The position numbers and the translations under genes were made by a program. A stretch of 64,000 nt of DNA from an uncultured bacterium (lineage in GTDB: Bacteria > Verrucomicrobiota > Verrucomicrobiia > Limisphaerales > UBA8199): positions 32,001-96,000 of the forward strand of contig CAVVMW010000016.1 of the NCBI GenBank assembly GCA_963749495.1. The letters run 5' to 3'. Below the pieces are notes generated by a model. That model had not been told where the DNA came from. It did no database searches and saw only the letters and a list, made by a program, of their open reading frames with translations. Of the stretch, positions 31,812-42,633 are shown one piece after another; the first letter of the stretch is position 1; each line of letters starts with the position of its first letter.

Positions 31812-32543
31812 CTAGCGAGACGGAGGGAACGGCGCATTCGGGTCAAAGATATTCGTCGGCGCATTACGACGCAGTTCGACGTGGGTATCAAGGAATACAA
31901 GGTTCGCGCGGCCGAGTTTGGGTTTCCGGCCCGGCACGCCGCCCTCGACGGTGACATTTGAAAAGACGCTGTGTTCGTTGCCCCCGGAGTGGCGGTAGCA
32001 AACATTGCCGCCGTACGGGTCTGTATCCGCATAGGCACACGCGTCGTATCCGTCGGTCTCGCCGAACATTATCGTCCAAACGGGGTGCGGGATGTCCCGC
32101 AAGGACATGACCTGATTTCCGCCGGCGTTAATGTAGTTGTTTTGGGCGTAGGTGAGGAACCCCAGATAGCCGCCCTGGGTGCTGGCCGGGCACAAGAAAA
32201 CCCTGTTGGTTTGGTCAGTCGTGGTGAATTTCCTGCCTAGATATGGCTCAAGGGTCAGATACCAGATGGTGCTGAACGCAAGCCCATGGGCCACGCTGGG
32301 AGGCCAGCCGATGGGCAGCGCCTTTTGATCCTCCTCGTAGCACATTGTCGCAAGAATCAACTGGCGCAGGTTGCTATTGCAAGAAGCGGCCTTGGCTCGA
32401 TCCTTCGCCATCGCCAGGGCGGGGAGCAGCAGCGCCGCCAGGATGGCGATGATGGCGATGACGACCAGCAGTTCGATGAGGGTAAACGCCCCACTTGGAC
32501 CTGCCCTCCGGAGGGGTTCGTGCTTTGCGGCTTTGTTCTTCAA
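31812..32543 (-). CDS. Prepilin-type N-terminal cleavage/methylation protein (H-X9-DG class)
   Basis: [29 protein letters not shown]...[11 protein letters not shown]. Confidence 0.9.
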   Translation of the reverse strand: MKNKAAKHEPLRRAGPSGAFTLIELLVVIAIIAILAALLLPALAMAKDRAKAASCNSNLRQLILATMCYEEDQKALPIGWPPSVAHGLAFSTIWYLTLEPYLGRKFTTTDQTNRVFLCPASTQGGYLGFLTYAQNNYINAGGNQVMSLRDIPHPVWTIMFGETDGYDACAYADTDPYGGNVCYRHSGGNEHSVFSNVTVEGGVPGRKPKLGRANLVFLDTHVELRRNAPTNIFDPNAPFPPSR

Positions 32544-32547
32544 GGTT

Positions 32548-33921
32548 CTAAGGCGTATAGGCCAGTTGGAAAAAGCCCTTTGCTTGGCCGCCAGGAATGG
32601 GCCAGGTGGCGCTGGTGGAGGCGGCCTGAATTGTCGCGGCCGGGGTCCATTGAGACAAATCCGCTGACATCCGGAGCGTGTAAGTGGTTCCGGGGATGAG
32701 GCTGTCCATGTGAAGCATCAGGCCGCCTCCCTCCCGCGCGATGGCCAACACCGGCGGAACGGTGATCCGGATATCATCCACGCCAAAGGTGCCGGAGAGC
32801 GCCGTGGAATTGGCCGTGCCCATCCAGCCTTCCACCAGGATCCGCCATTGCACGAGGTTGCCGGTATCCACGATAGCGCTGCTCCAGAACTGGCCGAAGC
32901 TGGCCTCCAGCTTGGTCCAGTTCGAGGAGATGACCGGGTCGGCCGGAGTGCTGAAATTGATGGCGTTCCCGGCTTGGTCATAGAAGGAGAGCCAGAAAGT
33001 CGTGCCGCCGTCCGCAACGGGGCCGAAGGTGGGATCACCCTTGAGCCAGAGCGAGACCACGGCATTGGTCGGCAGCGAAAACGGCGCCACGAAGCCAGAT
33101 TTGACACTGCCCCATGGATATTGGCCGGAGGCGAAATCAATGGCGAGCTTCAGGGCGTTGGTGCCTTGGGGGGCCGGCGTTTGAATCGAGGCAGTGGTGA
33201 CCGTCGCAGCCGGACTGTCCACGTAACTATAAAAACTGAGGAGAGCCGCGTCATTCGCATACACTTCAAAGTCGTCGATCAACGCCCGCATGGGGGACGG
33301 CGGCGGCACTTCGATCAACGGCGTGTTGCGGACCTGCAAGTCATCAATATAGACGGTGGCAGCATAGGCAGCCCCCGGCGGGCTGCCCTGGCCGTAAAGG
33401 TAGAAGTCGAAACGCACGATGTCGGTCAAGTCAGGAAGCGCGGTGGAATTCCAAGGCTGCTCGATGCTGCTGGCGATCATGTTGAAAAGCTGCCAATTGG
33501 TGGTGCTCGTGGGGAAGGATGAGCCCCAGCGGCCGAAGTTGCCGCTCCCGTCAAAGGCATAGACAAAGAGCGTCTGATAAGTGGCGTTCGTGAACTCGGG
33601 GTCGCCGGCAACCCTGAGTGTGATGTATTGAGTCGGCGAGATGCTCATCGGAGCCGGGAGCGCCGGTCCGGTGAGCACTTCGGTCTGCCAGTCGGTGGCG
33701 GGGAAGGAGACATCCACGCGCAGCGAGTTCGTGTCTGCCGAGCCCGGGGCCACGTAGGGCGAGAGACTCAAAGTGGCGCTCGAGGCGGACCACGCAGCCA
33801 GCAAATCGGCATCACTGGCGTATTCTTGGAAGTTTTCGATCATGGTCTGCCCGTTGGCTGCCACGGCAAACAGGCAGCCGCAGAAGAGGCTCAGGCATCC
33901 AGAGTTTTTTGCAGTCTTCAT
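32548..33921 (-). CDS. Secreted protein with two CBM-like repeats and C-terminal module
   Basis: [13 protein letters not shown] / [13 protein letters not shown] repeats ending YIDDL / VDDI; C-terminal SADLSQW...FFQL. Confidence 0.7.
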   Translation of the reverse strand: MKTAKNSGCLSLFCGCLFAVAANGQTMIENFQEYASDADLLAAWSASSATLSLSPYVAPGSADTNSLRVDVSFPATDWQTEVLTGPALPAPMSISPTQYITLRVAGDPEFTNATYQTLFVYAFDGSGNFGRWGSSFPTSTTNWQLFNMIASSIEQPWNSTALPDLTDIVRFDFYLYGQGSPPGAAYAATVYIDDLQVRNTPLIEVPPPSPMRALIDDFEVYANDAALLSFYSYVDSPAATVTTASIQTPAPQGTNALKLAIDFASGQYPWGSVKSGFVAPFSLPTNAVVSLWLKGDPTFGPVADGGTTFWLSFYDQAGNAINFSTPADPVISSNWTKLEASFGQFWSSAIVDTGNLVQWRILVEGWMGTANSTALSGTFGVDDIRITVPPVLAIAREGGGLMLHMDSLIPGTTYTLRMSADLSQWTPAATIQAASTSATWPIPGGQAKGFFQLAYTP

Positions 33922-33996
33922 AACGACTTAACGTTCACGATTCTGTCAAGGACATTGCGAGTCTAATGAGCATTCGTGTCCTGTCAAGTTTGCACT

Positions 33997-34290
33997 CTCC
34001 GGGCGCAGGGGGGGGGGGGTGCGGGACAAAATAGTGACCATTAGACCTGTTCCTTTCCGCGTATTCCGCCTATTCCGCGGTTCATTCTTCTTCGGAGCTT
34101 TGCTAGCCTCGCCGGCCATGAAAACCAACCTCATTTACGAGGCAGAATCCGGCCAGACAGAGCCGCTCAGCGATCCCGGGTGGGGACAGGCCGGCATTGG
34201 GGCAGCGCCATGTCATCGCGGTTGCATCCGCATAGATACAATCAGGGAAGGGAAGAAACAACGCCTGCCTTGGTCTCTTCAACGGAGGTT
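33997..34290 (+). repeat. GxxExxY-type element remnant (N-terminal stub); inverted repeat of 57982-58411
   Basis: MKTNLIYEAES at 34118; flanks nearly identical to the reverse complement of 57982-58411. Confidence 0.8.
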
Positions 34291-34411
34291 GCTTTTTTGT
34301 CCGGCACCCGCGTAGGGGCACAAATCGGGTTTTAGACGGGCGCTCCGGTTTGGCTGGCGGTTTCCCATGCCGGTCCCCGAGCCCGGAAAGGGGTCGCCTC
34401 CCACATCGCCG

Positions 34412-34804
34412 TTACCCCCAGACCTGACAGTCCAGGGAACGGTATTGGATGGCCTCGGAGACGTGGTCTGGCGCGATTGACTCCGAGCCGGCCAGGTCCG
34501 CGATCGTGCGGGCCACCTTCAAAATGCGGTCGTAGGCCCGGGCGCTCAGATTCAGGTCTGACATGGCAAACTGGATCAGCCCCTTGGCGGTTTCGTCCAG
34601 TTCGCAGAACTGCTTGAGCTCGCGCGTGCCCATCCGGGCATTGCACGTCACCCGGGTCCGCCCCTCAAATCGCTTCTGCTGCACCCGCCGCGCGGCCACG
34701 ACCCGCTGGCGGATGGCGGCGGAAGACTCGCCCGTGCGCTCCGCGCTGATCTCCCTGAACTTCACCGGCGGCACCTCCACGTGCAGGTCGATCCGGTCCA
34801 GGAG
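34412..34804 (-). pseudogene. comM/yifB 3' fragment (copy A)
   Basis: LLDRIDLHVEVP...LSARAYDRILKVARTIADLAG...EAIQYRSLD. Confidence 0.92.
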
Positions 34805-34805
34805 A

Positions 34806-35200
34806 AAGGGGTCAGCAGATCGGAGCTGGAGTTGGACGCATGGCGCGACGCCGGGTGCGGTTTGCTCGACCGCATGCAGCCAATGATTGAGCAGTGACTT
34901 GGCCCCCTCGGAAGTGGCGTTCTGCAGCCGCGCGGCTATCCAATTGATGGCCAACGTGGTTCGCTTTTCTGACCCCCGCAACCCGTCAGCCAGCGTTTCG
35001 AGAAAATCCTGGCGGTCAACATCATCGACGGAAATGTCCTCGCGTGGATCACCGGGCTCCACGACACGATAGATTGCGCCTGGACACTCCACTCGCAACG
35101 TGCGCGGCATGGAGGCAGAGCGCCAGCCTGCCTCGACACTCCACGCACAAAACCACGAAATCCCACACCAAAGCCACGAATCTACGGTTGACCCATTCTG
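34806..35200 (-). mobile_element. Internally deleted RAYT/Y1 (HUH) transposase element
   Basis: MPRTLRVECPGAIYRV...DDVDRQDFLETLA fused to TTLAINWIAARL; ends ctgaccccttt; atgggtcaacc upstream. Confidence 0.7.
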
Positions 35201-35249
35201 CCGGGGCAGGCAGGCCGCCAGGGTGTTCGGCATGTCTGGCCGCTTCGAA

Positions 35250-35352
35250 GCCAAAGCGCGGGAATACCGCGCACTCCAAGGGCTTCGCCATCTCGGACGC
35301 GCGTCCATTGTTCGCGAAGCGTCTGGAGTGCGGCGCATTCCGCCGCTTTGGC
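35250..35352. repeat. REP-like palindrome (CGCACTCC/GGAGTGCG family)
   Basis: ccaaagcgcgggaataccgcgcactcca / tggagtgcggcgcattccgccgctttgg. Confidence 0.7.
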
Positions 35353-35404
35353 CTTCAAGAAACTACTTTGTCAACAGCCCTGTCGAAGGAAAGTCATCCC
35401 ACAT

Positions 35405-35722
35405 TCATATCACGTCAATCAGATGGGTTGTCATGTAGATTTCGATTTCACGGAAGCGGACCTTCAACCGCTCCTTGAAGTCGCCGAAGAACTGACGGTG
35501 TTCAGCGAGGTCTTCGACGTCGATGACGACCCGCATTAAATCGTCCGAATAGACTTCTTCCTCGTGCCGCCAACGCCCTCGAATGATCTGAGTTTCCCAC
35601 GAAACCGCGCCGAAGCGGTTTTCCAATTCAATCAGCGTGTCGGAAATCAGCGCGTCAGGCACCGATTGGCCGTCATTGAACCGCAGTGGCAGGAGTGTCT
35701 CGTAACGACGTGAGGCGCTCAT
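35405..35722 (-). CDS. Small hypothetical protein (second gene of a TA-like pair)
   Basis: 105-aa ORF RRYETLLPLRFNDG..., lower GC than flanks. Confidence 0.7.
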   Translation of the reverse strand: MSASRRYETLLPLRFNDGQSVPDALISDTLIELENRFGAVSWETQIIRGRWRHEEEVYSDDLMRVVIDVEDLAEHRQFFGDFKERLKVRFREIEIYMTTHLIDVI

Positions 35723-35894
35723 ACGTGGCAGGACCTTCGACGGTGAAATGAAAGCCCTCGGACGCCAAAGAGGCCAACGCAGCGTTGGGCACCATTACTT
35801 CTCCCGTTGCCCAACTCTTGCCCGGGAAGCGTCTGGCGATGTAACCGAGCGCCCTCCGTCTGGAGTCTTGATCGGCAAATCGTATGATTACCAT
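35673..35894 (-). CDS. Small hypothetical protein (first gene of a TA-like pair)
   Basis: 73-aa ORF overlapping the downstream gene by 50 nt. Confidence 0.6.
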   Translation of the reverse strand: MVIIRFADQDSRRRALGYIARRFPGKSWATGEVMVPNAALASLASEGFHFTVEGPATYERLTSLRDTPATAVQ

Positions 35895-35970
35895 GCTTGG
35901 AGCATAATGGCCTTTGCGAACTCAAGCAAGCCTGGATTTCGCGTCGAACACCGGAAACACCGCATTGTCG

Positions 35971-36443
35971 TTACCCCCAGATCTGGCGGTCCAGGGAACG
36001 GTATTGGATGGCCTCGGAGACGTGGTCTGGCGCGATCGACTCCGAACCGGCCAGGTCGGCGATCGTGCGGGCCACCTTCAAGATGCGGTCGCAGGCCCGG
36101 GCGCTCAGGTTCAGGTCTGACATGGCGAACTGGATCAGCCCCTTTGCGGTCTCGTCCAGTTGGCAGAACTGCTTGAGCTCGCGCGTGCCCATCCGGGCAT
36201 TGCACGTCACCCGGGCCCGCCCCTCAAATCGCTTCTGCTGCACCCGCCGCGCGGCCACGACCCGCTGGCGGATGGCGGCGGAAGACTCGCCCGTGCGCTC
36301 CGCGCTGATCTCCCTGAACTTCACCGGCGGCACCTCCACGTGCAGGTCGATCCGGTCCAGCAGCGGGCCCGAGATGCGGCCCAGGTAGTTCTGTATCTCG
36401 CGCGGCGAACACCTCGACTCCGCCGGCATCTTCCCATCGGGAG
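35971..36443 (-). pseudogene. comM/yifB 3' fragment (copy B)
   Basis: PDGKMPAESRCSPREIQNYLGRISGPLLDRID...RSLDRQIWG*. Confidence 0.92.
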
Positions 36444-36449
36444 CGCGCG

Positions 36450-36581
36450 TTACAGTCCGAGGCAGCGGCGAACCGCGTTTTCGATTTTTTCGAGCACTGC
36501 GCCGGAGAGCTTGCCCGCGGGCGGACCGGCAAAGCGGCTGGAGTCAAGGGAGCGCAGTTGGAAGCAGAGAACTGAGTTCGC
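36450..36581 (-). pseudogene. PemK/MazF toxin C-terminal fragment
   Basis: SVLCFQLRSLDSSRF...GKLSGAVLEKIENAVRRCLGL. Confidence 0.65.
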
Positions 36582-36833
36582 GTTGCATTTCCGGCCCGAG
36601 ACCAGCAGGCGCAGGTGCCTGCCACGCACGCCTTCGGGCAGCTTGAGGCGCACACGCAGCGGCCCGATCGGGATGAATTCACGGACCGGCTGCCGCCAGG
36701 TGCCCGCGCTGGTCAGATTGACCAGGTGCAGGATGACCCGGCCCGGCTGCGCGTAGAGATGGCAGTCATGGTAGGCCCCAATGTGGTGCCACCAGGGCTG
36801 AAGGCCGCCCGCAATGCCTTCCAGCATCCACAA
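36582..36833 (-). pseudogene. Fragments of a glycoside-hydrolase-like protein
   Basis: GGLQPWWHHIGAYH joined to HLYAQPGRVILHLVNLTSAGTWR; no start or stop of its own. Confidence 0.45.
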
Positions 36834-36890
36834 CCGCGCCTCAGGTTCCGGTTTGCTGGCGAGCCGGAAGGTGGGCTTGCCCGCCTGATT

Positions 36891-37644
36891 CTAAGCCACC
36901 TCGCGGACGGCGCGTCCAGCCGCAGTAAGGTTCGCCAACCGCATCTCGGAGTACTTGCGCGAGAGGATAACTCCGTGCGCCCCGGCCTTGAGAGCGGCCT
37001 GGGTCGCGGCGTAGGTGTCCTCGGGCGAGGCCCGGCGCGAGTTCCTGCCCATGGGGATGTCGATATCGATGCCTGGCAGGATTTGGCATTTGCCCTGGAC
37101 GCCGCCCAGGGCGCGCTGGGTTTCGCGGGCGACGTAATCCGGCGACAGGCCGGCCTCCGCGAGGTCGTCGAGCTTTGCCTCCTCACCGTAGTTCATTGAG
37201 CTCCGTGTTGCGGTAGAACTCGGGATGGGGCCTGGCGTAGTTGCCGCCATGGAAGGTCTTCTCATCCGATTCCTGCGCGCCATGATCGGGGAATGGATGT
37301 CCCGGGATCTGCCGCCCGGCCAGGCCGCGGCCATAGGTGAAGGTCGTGAGGAAGACGGTGTTTGCGGCCGCCCGCGCTTGCAGGACATCGAGCACCTGGC
37401 CGAGGCCTTCGTCCACAAACGACACGGAACCCACCTGGATGCCAACCGTTTTGCGCGGCGCAGGCGCCTCCGCCGCCCGGAGCGGCGCGATGCCGGACAA
37501 CTCCCCGGCAGCGGTGACTGCGGCCAGCGCAGCACTGTTCTTGAGGAACTCCCGCCGGGAAAGCTCGGGCGGTCCTTGGAATTGGCGGTGTTGAATGTTC
37601 AGGAATCTGCTGAACACCAGTTGCTCTCGCTCTCCGGGTTTCAT
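36891..37644 (-). pseudogene. Tat-exported TIM-barrel-like protein with large internal deletion
   Basis: SRREFLK N-terminal part switches frame ~37197 to a C-terminal PGIDIDIP...GVILSRKYSEM part. Confidence 0.6.
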
Positions 37645-37874
37645 GGGTGTGAAATATCGCGCGCGTGATTCTCCTTTCACTCCCCAGGCAGCGTCAACTC
37701 GATAAGCGCGAACGTGCCTTGCCTTGGCAGTGGACAGGGCCTGTTCCAAAAGCCATGATTCCGGACCTTTGTCGGGACCTTTGTCGAGAAATGGCCAATC
37801 CGACAAAGGTTTCGACAAAGCCTGCGACAAAGGCATCCACCCCACTCCGGGGGCAGTGTCCGAGGCGCCCCGCT

Positions 37875-38918
37875 TTACTTGCTCCCGGAGGTCGCCAAGG
37901 CCAGGCGGGCCAGCTTCTCACGCAGGAACGCCACGCAGCCAGACACTTGCGCCTCGCTCAATCCGTGGAGCAGGAGCGGTCCCTTGAACCGGTACGTGTG
38001 CAACAAGGAAAGATAGCGATCGTAATCGAGTTTGCCCTGGCCTGCGGCCAGGTGGCCGGCATCACCGTCGTGGTCGAGGTCCTTGGCGTGCGCCATCACG
38101 ATGTCCTTGCCCACCAGGGCAAAGGCCTCGTCGAGCATTTCCCTCATGCGGGGCAGTTCGCCCGTGTGGAAGATATTCGCCGCGTCCATCGTGACCTTCA
38201 GGTGCGGGGAGCCAATCTCGTCCAGCAGACGCCGCGCTTTTCGCATCGAATCCACCACGTTGTTCACCTCGGGCTCAAAGCCCAGGACCACGCCCGCCTG
38301 CCGGGCGATGTCGGCCGCCTCGCGCACGCACGCGGCCATGTCCCGCCAGGCCGCCGGCAAATCGTTGTCGGGGTGGCGCCGCCACATATTCCCGCGGTCG
38401 CGCGTGCCCGTGCACAGGTGAATCTTTGCCGTGCCCAACTCAGGACAGGCCTCGGCCAGGACCCGGAGCTGCCGCAGTCCGGTTCGGCGGTGTTCCGGGT
38501 CGGGGTGGCTCATGTTGAAGGTGCCCTGCACGGAGCCAATCGTGATCCGGCGCGCCGCCGCCTCGCGGCGAATCCGGCCGGCCAGTTCCGAGGAGATTTC
38601 CTCGGGCATTGCCGGCAACCCGGCGCAATCCAGGCTCAGTTGGATACAGTCCAGCCCGCAGGCCTTGACCGCGTCCAGCTTCGCCTCGAGCGCGGGCTGG
38701 GCGAATGTTCCCAACAGAATGCCGATCTGCACCAGCGGGGCCGCGTTGATGCCAGGCTCGGCCAGCGCGGAGTTCTGGGAAGCGGTGGCCGGGGCTGTGG
38801 ACTGGCCTGCCGCCAGCAAGCTTGGCCCGCAAGTCGTCCCGACCGTGAGGGCGCCGGCCACCTGCAGGAAATGGCGTCGATTCCTGCGCGCGTCATTTTC
38901 AGGGATTGGATGGAACAT
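37875..38918 (-). CDS. Sugar phosphate isomerase/epimerase (xylose isomerase-like TIM barrel)
   Basis: NRRHFL Tat motif; FEPE, MDAAN, AHAKD, GQGKLDY. Confidence 0.85.
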   Translation of the reverse strand: MFHPIPENDARRNRRHFLQVAGALTVGTTCGPSLLAAGQSTAPATASQNSALAEPGINAAPLVQIGILLGTFAQPALEAKLDAVKACGLDCIQLSLDCAGLPAMPEEISSELAGRIRREAAARRITIGSVQGTFNMSHPDPEHRRTGLRQLRVLAEACPELGTAKIHLCTGTRDRGNMWRRHPDNDLPAAWRDMAACVREAADIARQAGVVLGFEPEVNNVVDSMRKARRLLDEIGSPHLKVTMDAANIFHTGELPRMREMLDEAFALVGKDIVMAHAKDLDHDGDAGHLAAGQGKLDYDRYLSLLHTYRFKGPLLLHGLSEAQVSGCVAFLREKLARLALATSGSK

Positions 38919-39007
38919 AAGTTTTGAGTCTGGCGGCAGGTTACAGGAATGGAGCCCAGGCGCAAGCTCACCTTGTAATTCGCACGCTTGGTGTGATAAT
39001 CAGGGCC

Positions 39008-40387
39008 ATGGTTAAGACACACTCCAGCCATTCCTGCTCCCGCCGTGAATTCCTCGCCATGGCGGGGGCAACCACTGCCGGCATCGGTCTAACCGGGGCA
39101 GCCACGAGGGCCTTGGCCCAACCAGCGGCCCCCCGAGCCAAGCCCGGACAGCAACGGGTGTTTGGATTGAAGTTCCCGCCCATGGACAAGGTCCGGATCG
39201 GGTTCATCGGCGTGGGCAGCCGCGGCTCCAGCCTGCTGGGCAATCTGTTGGAGATTGAGAGGGTCGAGATCAAAGCCGTCTGTGACATCGTGCCGGACCG
39301 GGTGAAGAGCGCCCAGCGGCGCGTCGTGGCCAAGGGACAATCTGAACCGGCCGGTTACGCCAAGGGCGAGACGGCCTTCGAGGAACTGTGCCGGCGCGAG
39401 GACCTCGACTTGGTCTATATCACCACTCCCTGGGACTGGCACGTCCGGATGGCGGTCAGCGCCATGAAGCAGGGCAAGCACGCGGCCATCGAAGTGCCGG
39501 CCGCGCTCACGCTCGACGAGTGCTGGCAGTTGGTGGACACGGCCGAATTCACCCGCCGGCATTGCCTGATGCTGGAGAATTGCTGTTACGGCGAGATCGA
39601 ACTGCTGGTTCTGCGCATGGCCCGCCTGGGTGTTTTTGGCGAGTTGACCCACGGCGAGGCGGGTTACCTCCACGAATCCCGTGATTACCTCCTGCAGGAT
39701 TCGAGCGCCGCCAACTGGCGCCGGCACTTCGTCGCCACCCGCAACGGCAACCTCTACCCAACTCACGGACTCGGTCCCGTCGCCCAGTACATGGGCATCA
39801 ATGCCGGCGACAGATTCGACTACCTGGTCTCGATGAGTTCGCGCGAGCAGGCCCTGAGCCGCCGATGCGCGTCCCTCCCCGCCGATAATCCGCGCCGGCG
39901 GGAGCGCTTCGCCTGCGGCGATATAAACACCTCGCTCATCAAGACCGCCCTGGGCCGGACCATCATGGTTCAGTTTTCGCTCGTGGAATCCCGCCCCTAC
40001 AGCCGCATCAACCTGATCGCCGGCACCGCCGGCACCTTCTGCGATTATCCGCCCCGCCTTCATCTGGACGGCCAACCGGAGGGCTGGACCACCGATCTCC
40101 AGCCCTATCACGAGAAGTACGGCCACCCGCTCTGGAAGAAGCTCAACGCGCAAGCCCAGCAGTCCGGCGGCCACGGCGGCATGGATTACGTGATGAACTG
40201 GCGACTGATTCAATGCCTGCGAGAGGGCCTGCCCCTGGACTTGACCGTCTATGATGCCGCCGCCTGGAGCAGCATCGTGCCGCTCAGCATCGCGTCCGTT
40301 TCCAAAGCCAGCGCACCGGCGGCCGTTCCCGATTTCACGCGCGGCGCCTGGAGCCATCAACCACCAGGCGCCCTGGCTGCGTGCTGA
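39008..40387 (+). CDS. GH109-like NAD-dependent glycosidase (Gfo/Idh/MocA fold)
   Basis: TPWDWH, MLENCCYG, GNLYPTHGLGP, GGHGGMDY. Confidence 0.9.
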   Translation: MVKTHSSHSCSRREFLAMAGATTAGIGLTGAATRALAQPAAPRAKPGQQRVFGLKFPPMDKVRIGFIGVGSRGSSLLGNLLEIERVEIKAVCDIVPDRVKSAQRRVVAKGQSEPAGYAKGETAFEELCRREDLDLVYITTPWDWHVRMAVSAMKQGKHAAIEVPAALTLDECWQLVDTAEFTRRHCLMLENCCYGEIELLVLRMARLGVFGELTHGEAGYLHESRDYLLQDSSAANWRRHFVATRNGNLYPTHGLGPVAQYMGINAGDRFDYLVSMSSREQALSRRCASLPADNPRRRERFACGDINTSLIKTALGRTIMVQFSLVESRPYSRINLIAGTAGTFCDYPPRLHLDGQPEGWTTDLQPYHEKYGHPLWKKLNAQAQQSGGHGGMDYVMNWRLIQCLREGLPLDLTVYDAAAWSSIVPLSIASVSKASAPAAVPDFTRGAWSHQPPGALAAC

Positions 40388-40393
40388 ACCCTG

Positions 40394-41478
40394 CTACGCG
40401 TCCGCCCGCCAGTGGGTCTTGGCAAACTGGAGAAACGCAGCCTCGCTTGGCAGGCACCTTGCCGGGACGGCCAGGTAAAGCCCCTCCCGCGGAAGCTGAG
40501 GCAACACGTCGGAAAGTTCCTCGAACCGGTGATCCAGGAAGAGCAGCAGGCGCGAATGCTCCAGAATCTCCCGGAATGCCGGCAGGAGGTCCGCCAGGGG
40601 CGGGCCGTTGGCCTCGATGGTCATTTGGAGGCCGGCCAGGCCGGGAATGCGGAGCACGTGGCGGAAATGCTGGAAACCCGTCGAGTGCACATGGAAGACC
40701 ACGCAAGACCCGAGATGCCGCACCGCCTGCGCCGTGCAGTTCATGAACAGGTCCCGGTAGAGATTGGGATGGCAGAGGCCCAAGGCGTCCTCCTGCAGCG
40801 CAATGGTCGGGCCGGGCGCCCAGTAACCGAAGATATGCCCGTAACCTCCATGCTTGGGTTTCACCACGGAGAAGTGCTGGTCGATGGCCCGCATCAGCAA
40901 TTGATGGATGCGAGCCGCGGCTTGAGCGATCAGTTCCGGGGCGTCATGCAGGTCGCAGAGGAAATTGGTCAAGCCGCGCAGAGCCGCCAGCACGTCGGAC
41001 GGGCCTCGCAGAATGGTCGGACTGACCCAGCAATCAGGCGGAGCGCCGGCGGCCAGCCGTTCGGTCTGCTGACGCAAGCAAGTGAACCATTCCTCTCAGC
41101 GGCAACGGGGCTGCCGCCAGCGCCTCGATCGAATCGAAGATGGGGTCCGGCGCCAGGGAACCGGCGGAGAACCGGACGGGACATCCGCACCACGCTTCCA
41201 GCCAGGGAATGGCGCGCCACGGCGCGGCAAAGGGGAGCCAGTCGTCGCAGTTCACCGCCCGTTGCGCAAAGGCGAACTCGTAATCGGTCATGACCGTGTC
41301 GGTTCGCACATCCTCCGGTTCCACGTGCTGGCGGGGAAACGGCCGGCGCAGGTATTTTACCGGCAGATAAATGTCCGTGTTGACGACGCCGATCGGGGGC
41401 CGGCCCTTCAGGTCGCTTCTTCCAGAAGACGCGCTGGAATCGTTCGATGCTCTCGCTCAGTTGAGCGGCCGTTTTCAT
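40394..41478 (-). CDS. Uroporphyrinogen decarboxylase-like protein, two apparent frameshifts
   Basis: PWLEAWCGC, LRGPSDVLAALRG, QEDA, FHVHS spread over three frames. Confidence 0.65.
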
Positions 41479-41587
41479 GGGTCCAGACAGAACACACACG
41501 CAAGGTCTGTCAAAAGGCACAACCCCGGCAAGCCGATAAAGCGAAAAGAGTCGTCAGGGCCTTTGGAAGGGATATACTGCGGTTAGA

Positions 41588-41809
41588 ATGTTCGAAGACC
41601 TTTCAGACGAATGGCGCGAGTGGATCGCGCTGACACCGCTGGAACGCTGGCGCGAAAGCCAGAAGCTCTTCGCCGACTACCTGGCGCAAGGAGGCAGCCT
41701 TGATCCCGACCCCGATCCTGACAGTCCTTTCTACTTTCCGGAAACATGGTGTCCAGACGCTGCTCATGGGCGGGCAGGCCTGCGTCTTTTACGGCGCGGC
41801 GCAAGTTAG
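41588..41809 (+). CDS. Small partner of nucleotidyltransferase-like gene
   Basis: EWIALTPLERWRESQKL...GGSLDPDPDPDSPF. Confidence 0.65.
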   Translation: MFEDLSDEWREWIALTPLERWRESQKLFADYLAQGGSLDPDPDPDSPFYFPETWCPDAAHGRAGLRLLRRGAS

Positions 41810-42473
41810 CAAGGACATCGACCTGGCGCTGCTCCCCGAACCGGCGAATATCGAACGGCTGCGCGCCGCGCTCAAGGACCTCACCGCCGAGCGCATCGCC
41901 GTGCCGCCGTTCGATCCCGCGCTATTCGAACGCGGCCACGCCATCCACTTCCGGTGCCACGCCCCGGGCGTTGAAGGTCTGCGCGTGGACCTGATGTCAA
42001 AGCTGCGCTTGCTCCCCGGCTTCGAGGCGCTTTGGGAGCGCCGGACGGCTTTCGTGGATGACCATGGCAACGAGTTCAACCTCCTGAGTGTCCCCGACCT
42101 GGTGCGGTCAAAGAAAACCGCGCGAAACAAGGACTGGCCGGTGATTGAATTGCTGGTGAACATTCATATCCACGAGAACCTCGCCGCGCCGCAACCGGAT
42201 TGGATTCGGTTTTGGCTGAGCGAATGCCGCACCCCCGTGCAACTGGCGGCACTCGCCCGGCGTTTCCCTGACCAATGTCGCGCACTGGCTGCCGCCCGTC
42301 CGCTGCTGACGCTCGCGTTGACCGGCGACGAGGCAGCGCTGATTCCGGCCCTGGACGCGGAAATGCGGGCCGAACAGGCCGTAGATCGCGCCTATTGGGA
42401 GCCTGTGCGTCGCGAACTCGAGGCCATGCGGCTCGACGAGGCACGAAGGAAACGGGACTCCAGCCAGGGGTAG
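41700..42473 (+). CDS. Nucleotidyltransferase-fold protein (TA-like toxin)
   Basis: LLMGGQACVFYG...SKDIDL, DLVRSKKT.RNKDW. Confidence 0.75.
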   Translation: MIPTPILTVLSTFRKHGVQTLLMGGQACVFYGAAQVSKDIDLALLPEPANIERLRAALKDLTAERIAVPPFDPALFERGHAIHFRCHAPGVEGLRVDLMSKLRLLPGFEALWERRTAFVDDHGNEFNLLSVPDLVRSKKTARNKDWPVIELLVNIHIHENLAAPQPDWIRFWLSECRTPVQLAALARRFPDQCRALAAARPLLTLALTGDEAALIPALDAEMRAEQAVDRAYWEPVRRELEAMRLDEARRKRDSSQG

Positions 42474-42633
42474 TTTCCACGAGCGCCGCGAGTCCGTACC
42501 TTTGTCGCAACCTTTGTCGCAGCCTTTGCCGGGTTGGCCGGGCCTCGACAAAGGTACCGACAAAGGTTGCGACAAAGGTCTGGGATCGGAGCTTCCAGGT
42601 TAATTTTGCCAGCCACTCGAAGGGCGCGCCGCG

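Noticed and set aside
34006..34019. Poly-G tract as a phase-variation switch
   Set aside because: Intergenic, absent from the inverted copy, and homopolymer length is unreliable in this assembly.
31398..36581. Classical integron
   Set aside because: No intI gene and no convincing attC sites recognised.
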